Source: Opitutales bacterium
GTDB taxonomy: Bacteria > Verrucomicrobiota > Verrucomicrobiia > Opitutales > UBA2987
Length of the DNA: 64,000 nucleotides
NCBI GenBank assembly: GCA_965226885.1
Contig: CBDDEL010000015.1
Coordinates: 192,001 to 256,000, forward strand
Reading direction: 5' to 3'
The first letter of the stretch is position 1; every line of letters starts with the position of its first letter. Both the position numbers and the translations under genes were made by a program. Of the stretch, positions 63,601 through 64,000 are shown piece by piece. The notes under the pieces were generated by a model. It made no database searches, was not told where the DNA came from, and was given only the letters and a program-made list of their open reading frames with translations.

Positions 63601-64000
63601 GCCCGCCAACTGGTTGAGGACCACGTCCACCCCCCGGCCTTCCGTAACCTCCAGAATTTCATCGGCAAAGTTAAGTGTGCGTGAATCGAATACATGCTCG
63701 ACCCCCTGGGAGCGAAGCAGATCGCGCTTTTGATCATTTCCCGCCGTGGCAAAGACTTCCGCCCCAACTTGTTGGGCGATTTGAATGGCCGCCTGGCCCA
63801 CTCCACCCGCTCCGGCATGAATGAGGATCATTTCGCCGGGCTGAAGCCGGGCCAGATGATTGAGGGCATAATGCGAGGTTAGGAAAACCACTGGCAGGGT
63901 GGCGGCCTCCTCAAAAGACAGGTGCTTTGGTTTGGAAAATATCAGCGCCTCATTGACGGTGGTGTAGGCACGGCAGCAATAGGGAGCCATTCCCACCACC
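57625..64000 (-). CDS. Hybrid type I PKS-NRPS, 5' end outside window: ER-KR-ACP-C-A-PCP plus an acyl-ACP-reductase-like C-terminal domain
   Basis: ER HAGAGGVG; KR ITGGLGG, LDD and GQGNYAS; ACP GLDSLM; C HHIVSD; A YTSGSTGQPKG, YGPTE and YQTGD; PCP GGDSL; tail TTGHATT, GLGSIG and MTGCIL. Confidence 0.93.
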   Translation of the reverse strand, partial: VVGMAPYCCRAYTTVNEALIFSKPKHLSFEEAATLPVVFLTSHYALNHLARLQPGEMILIHAGAGGVGQAAIQIAQQVGAEVFATAGNDQKRDLLRSQGVEHVFDSRTLNFADEILEVTEGRGVDVVLNQLAGDFIQRSFSVLAPYGRFLEIGKIDIYSNTKIGLEPFKDNISYFAIDLASFLKDRPYFITSMLSELAELFNEKKLRPLPLKSFSICETEKAFRYMAQAKHIGKNVLSMQVESIPVRPSLQADRLFRGDATYLITGGLGGFCLEVARWMVEYGAQNLVLMGRSGASTDLARDTIAELQAKGVRVEVVSADVTRQEDIARVLKLIETDMPPLRGLIHGAMVLDDDWIIQLTPERFNKVLEPKMIGAWNLHTLTLDLALEHFILFSSASSMIGGSGQGNYASANFFLDAIANYRKALGLPALAMNWGALSEAGYVARNEKVAKYLDKLGLESFTPSEALSIFARVLPKNSAQLGASRINWTGLARLNPATASSLTYAKMVNKEKKADSAYGDAYSFRPKVIAATPAERLPMVADYICEQVAQVFGTTAAQIDRDTPLTQIGLDSLMAIELMNRLETNLGINLPMGQFLQGPNIIELATPVLELILQKAGEDSTNETETSESSGMPTVERSEEEETVFSLSEGQRALWFLNRLAPHSPAYNLIFSSKITPYVDISVMKRAFAALFQRHPMLDVTFSDETGQPLQTLRKNRTIDFREHDTTHLSKEKIKELLVEHANQPFDLKKGPVIRLELFRTADQSHITLLSMHHIVSDAWSVALLMQDLMESYFALKSGLTHKLEELPYRYSDYVNWQQTLLKGPQKEKLLRYWKDQMQGAPLVLDLPTDHARPPVQSFNGSTHGFKLDDRLSRRVDTLAKSNNVTLYTTLLSAFQVLLHRYCNQDDLIVGSPFAGRRLKEFHEVVGFFINPVPIRSRVVDDPSFNEYLNQMSDSVVAAIEHQEHPVSHLVDALKVKRDPSRSPIFQVTFSMERIPGVDEQGIAVFLIGQGGHNFKVGDISVESIDLNLRQAQFEISLVVEEAGGHIYGCWQYNRDLFEPATIDRLNGLYKQILEEVVVHPEKKISELSFLSRDEEKIILEEWNHTELEYPEDKCLHQLVTEHAEHNPNRTAVTSAGKSLTYGELNRRANGLALKLRSQGIDVDCPVGLYVDRSVEMLIAALGILKAGGCYVPLDPAFPQHRIRQMLEDANPSVVVTQGHLQESLPEGGWSLLAVENTGAARKGPVVANSPDSLAYIIYTSGSTGQPKGVEIPHRAVVNFLSSMRETPGLITDDTLLAVTTLSFDISVLELFLPLVAEAQVVIATREEATDGRRLSMLLEEYAVTTMQATPATWQMLLDSGWNGKHDLRVFCGGEALPRELAESLLPSTRAVWNLYGPTETTIWSTVDKVDSQPGSVPIGRPIANTTIYILDDNHNALPPGFTGNLYIGGNGLARGYHNQPDLTAEKFIELQLPNGKKERVYQTGDLARFLPDGKIDFLGRGDTQIKLRGYRIELEDIETHLRSHSKVDQAVVVKRGDMPGGDSLVAYIIANDPSEGLTSELRSHLTELLPDYMRPAAYVLLDNFPLTANKKIDRLALPAPQIVRVELQAAYTAPQTPTEKILVDILNKAFSSEEVGITDNFFDLGGDSLLALQLLTEISQVFNRQFPVEVFLRNPTVEYLARYLDTIPDDREIAAGSAFNGNGSYMDNMAEEIANSEYLNLEVVEGFNGDRDSLPQVDAVALAYIPDAFLPLTGLSKDDIAHNWLHDRSFISNIYETPYGRIGLVMLPRLGSELYKNQTLLGDQIMQSLEIAKNMGAKKVSLTGLIPSATNYGLQVTDLIDGRTDLPIITTGHATTTATIIKSMEGLLTLAERSLEEESVAIVGLGSIGYATMRLMLEVLPHPKEFILCDLYQKIDSLEGIRRKLVEELGFDGKIKLEPTRGRLPDAVYRASFILGATNVPGILDVNRLRPGTLIVDDSFPPCFHTLDAIQRIESEHDILFTTGGLIRLQKEVKETIFLPSGAVERIEELGGNRLLSLVGRDPREMTGCILSSLLTGRKPDIRPTLGPVKLEDSLAHYKLLHTLDLESARPQCEGYFISPESIERFKETTSSDPTISDPLHGV

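Overview
Bacterial chromosomal segment. The gene set is suggestive of Verrucomicrobiota/Opitutales (inference, not verified). The window has three parts. (1) A housekeeping backbone: GT2 fragment, fatty-acid desaturase, rhodanese, rhomboid, ferredoxin, trkAH, oleCD, RNA methyltransferases, murA, ruvB, folE2, LptF/G, an NSS transporter with a small partner, mtaB, an Hpt protein and a PocR-AraC regulator. (2) A recent insertion-sequence burst: about 21 kb, a third of the window and all between 6.5 and 41.4 kb, is IS1380, ISNCY (ISDol1-like), IS3, IS21 and IS1 DNA plus an IS5-like remnant. Elements are often nested, and a Sel1-repeat gene, a Gfo/Idh/MocA oxidoreductase and hicA are disrupted. (3) The 3' end of a hybrid PKS-NRPS operon followed by a sulfotransferase and an LMF-family membrane protein. 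Most notable: a six-unit 173-bp tandem array of IS1380 right ends, explained by the element hitting the CTAA target at its own stop codon; an ER-KR-ACP-C-A(Gly)-PCP megasynthase ending in an acyl-ACP-reductase-like domain instead of a TE or SDR-type R domain; an IS1 unit bounded by two left ends yet flanked by an 8-bp target duplication; two IS1380 copies in opposite relative orientation in the same CTAG stop codon of another IS; and an unannotated 6S-like RNA.
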